The translations under genes and the position numbers were made by a program. From an uncultured virus (IMG/VR IMGVR_UViG_3300035501_001058) (Duplodnaviria; Heunggongvirae; Uroviricota; Caudoviricetes), in IMG/VR virus record IMGVR_UViG_3300035501_001058: a stretch of DNA of 64,000 nucleotides; one strand, written 5' to 3'. Positions 62,867 through 64,000 of this stretch are shown one piece after another (position 1 is the stretch's first letter; each line of letters opens with the position of its first letter). Under the pieces are notes generated by a model that had not been told where the DNA came from, did no database searches, and saw nothing but the letters and a program-made list of their open reading frames with translations.

Positions 62867-64000
62867 GTTTGATGATCAGGAATACTTTATTGCATGGAAG
62901 GATATTAAATCATCAGAGGTTCTTTGGTGTTTTTCTCCATATCACAAAGATGATAATATTGAAGTACAGATGGGTGGTGCACCTAAAAATCCTATAATTG
63001 TAGATAAATATGTTTTGAAAAATTTCTATAATGAGAACTATGTTATCGAAATAATGAAAAGATTGAAGGTCTCAGGTGAAGTAAGTGTATATGGGCAACC
63101 ACAAATAATCGAAACTTTTATGGATACATTAGCTTTTGCAAGAAATTATAAATTTGCAAAAGATGACGTAAAAAGAGATTTAGTATCACAGATGTGTGGA
63201 ATGACAACGCAGGATTTTATAGGATCTGATAATCATATTTCTATGTCTTTTACTAAAGAAGATTTATTTTTCACAAGGCTGGATATTGAATATTCTGGTG
63301 TTTCTATACATATGGAAAAGGCTCCATTTTCTTTAAAGGAAAAAGTATTTACATTAGTTGATGCTGATAGGTTATACAAGAAACGTATTCTTACTAAAAC
63401 TATTAAGGATATTGACTATGCAGCGTTATGTGACAGCTTAGATATGACTTGGTATAGAGATGGTGATGTTCTGAAAAAAGATTATTGGAGTATTAAGTCT
63501 GTATTTGAGTTTGAGACTAAAATAATGACACCTATGCTAAAAAAGATTAAGGAATGCTATGATGAAGGCAAAAAGTTTTATGTCTCAGTCGATACGGAAA
63601 CAACAGGCTTGAACGTATATAACTTAGATAAAAATAATCCTGATAAAGATCATGTAGTAGCTATACCGATTACATGGACACCGGATGCAGGTTTCGTAAT
63701 ATTTACCGATATGGAGCATTTTGCTAATGTAGATAATGACTATTGCGTAAGAAGATTAGCAGAAATTTTCGAGAATTTCAAAGGTGAACGTACAATAGAG
63801 TGTTGGGAACCTTGCTCAGAAGATACAATAAAGTTACAAGAAATGAACGTATTTGATGATAAATCAGTATCAAACGTTATAAATGATAGTGATTTAAGTA
63901 AGTGCAAGAAGACTGCAATAACAATCAATAGAAATACAATAAATTTAATTGGGCATAATGTAATGTTCGATAAAAAGGCTTTTATAGACTCTAATTGCTA
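62844..64000 (+). CDS. Probable family A DNA polymerase, N-terminal part (truncated by window end)
   Basis: Open frame from ATG 62844 (GGAGGTG RBS) to the window end; ExoI VSVDTETTGL and ExoII IGHNVMFD; polymerase domain not visible. Confidence 0.7.
   Translation, partial: MFLTGSIKFDDQEYFIAWKDIKSSEVLWCFSPYHKDDNIEVQMGGAPKNPIIVDKYVLKNFYNENYVIEIMKRLKVSGEVSVYGQPQIIETFMDTLAFARNYKFAKDDVKRDLVSQMCGMTTQDFIGSDNHISMSFTKEDLFFTRLDIEYSGVSIHMEKAPFSLKEKVFTLVDADRLYKKRILTKTIKDIDYAALCDSLDMTWYRDGDVLKKDYWSIKSVFEFETKIMTPMLKKIKECYDEGKKFYVSVDTETTGLNVYNLDKNNPDKDHVVAIPITWTPDAGFVIFTDMEHFANVDNDYCVRRLAEIFENFKGERTIECWEPCSEDTIKLQEMNVFDDKSVSNVINDSDLSKCKKTAITINRNTINLIGHNVMFDKKAFIDSNC

Noticed and set aside
1243..63928. Most minus-strand and nested ORFs in the track (e.g. 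4438-4806, 19022-19360, 29410-29787, 35690-36112, 50454-50807, 63740-63928)
   Set aside because: They are shadows of longer plus-strand genes with recognisable motifs and lack their own RBS or protein-like features
1..64000. Virion structural, terminase, integrase or conjugation genes
   Set aside because: No supporting motifs recognised; they could lie outside the window or be too divergent to see by eye

Overview
AT-rich, almost entirely plus-strand 64 kb segment that looks like part of a giant mobile or extrachromosomal element (megaplasmid or jumbo-phage-like) of a Clostridia/Lachnospiraceae-type host. The host is inferred from SSB style, sortase-anchored adhesins and Firmicutes-type RBS and promoters. 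Bases 1-39,060 are accessory: tRNA-Trp, ssb, many small orphans, at least five toxin-antitoxin or defence modules (AbiEii-like pair, two DUF3990 modules, MNT plus a broken HEPN, HipA-like kinase pair, DUF262-Schlafen fusion), large surface proteins and clusters of structured non-coding sequence. Bases 39,100-64,000 are a core block: wHTH plus tubulin/FtsZ-family GTPase, a minimal NAD+-dependent ligase, a divergent 2,897-aa fused beta-beta' RNA polymerase, an HNH protein and the start of a probable family A DNA polymerase. I recognised no virion, integrase, conjugation or CRISPR genes. The most notable observations are (1) the fused RNAP with a deleted Zn ribbon, altered trigger loop and an appended tail; (2) about 13 terminator-like hairpins with unrelated stems but one conserved core (AGTRTAAAAGCT), with near-identical copies bracketing defence cassettes; (3) a multi-hairpin RNA cluster with C-rich loops and an anticodon-less tRNA-like element; and (4) a short M-x-hydrophobic-F motif on the termini or loops of many unrelated proteins. 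All family calls are by eye from motifs; no searches were run.
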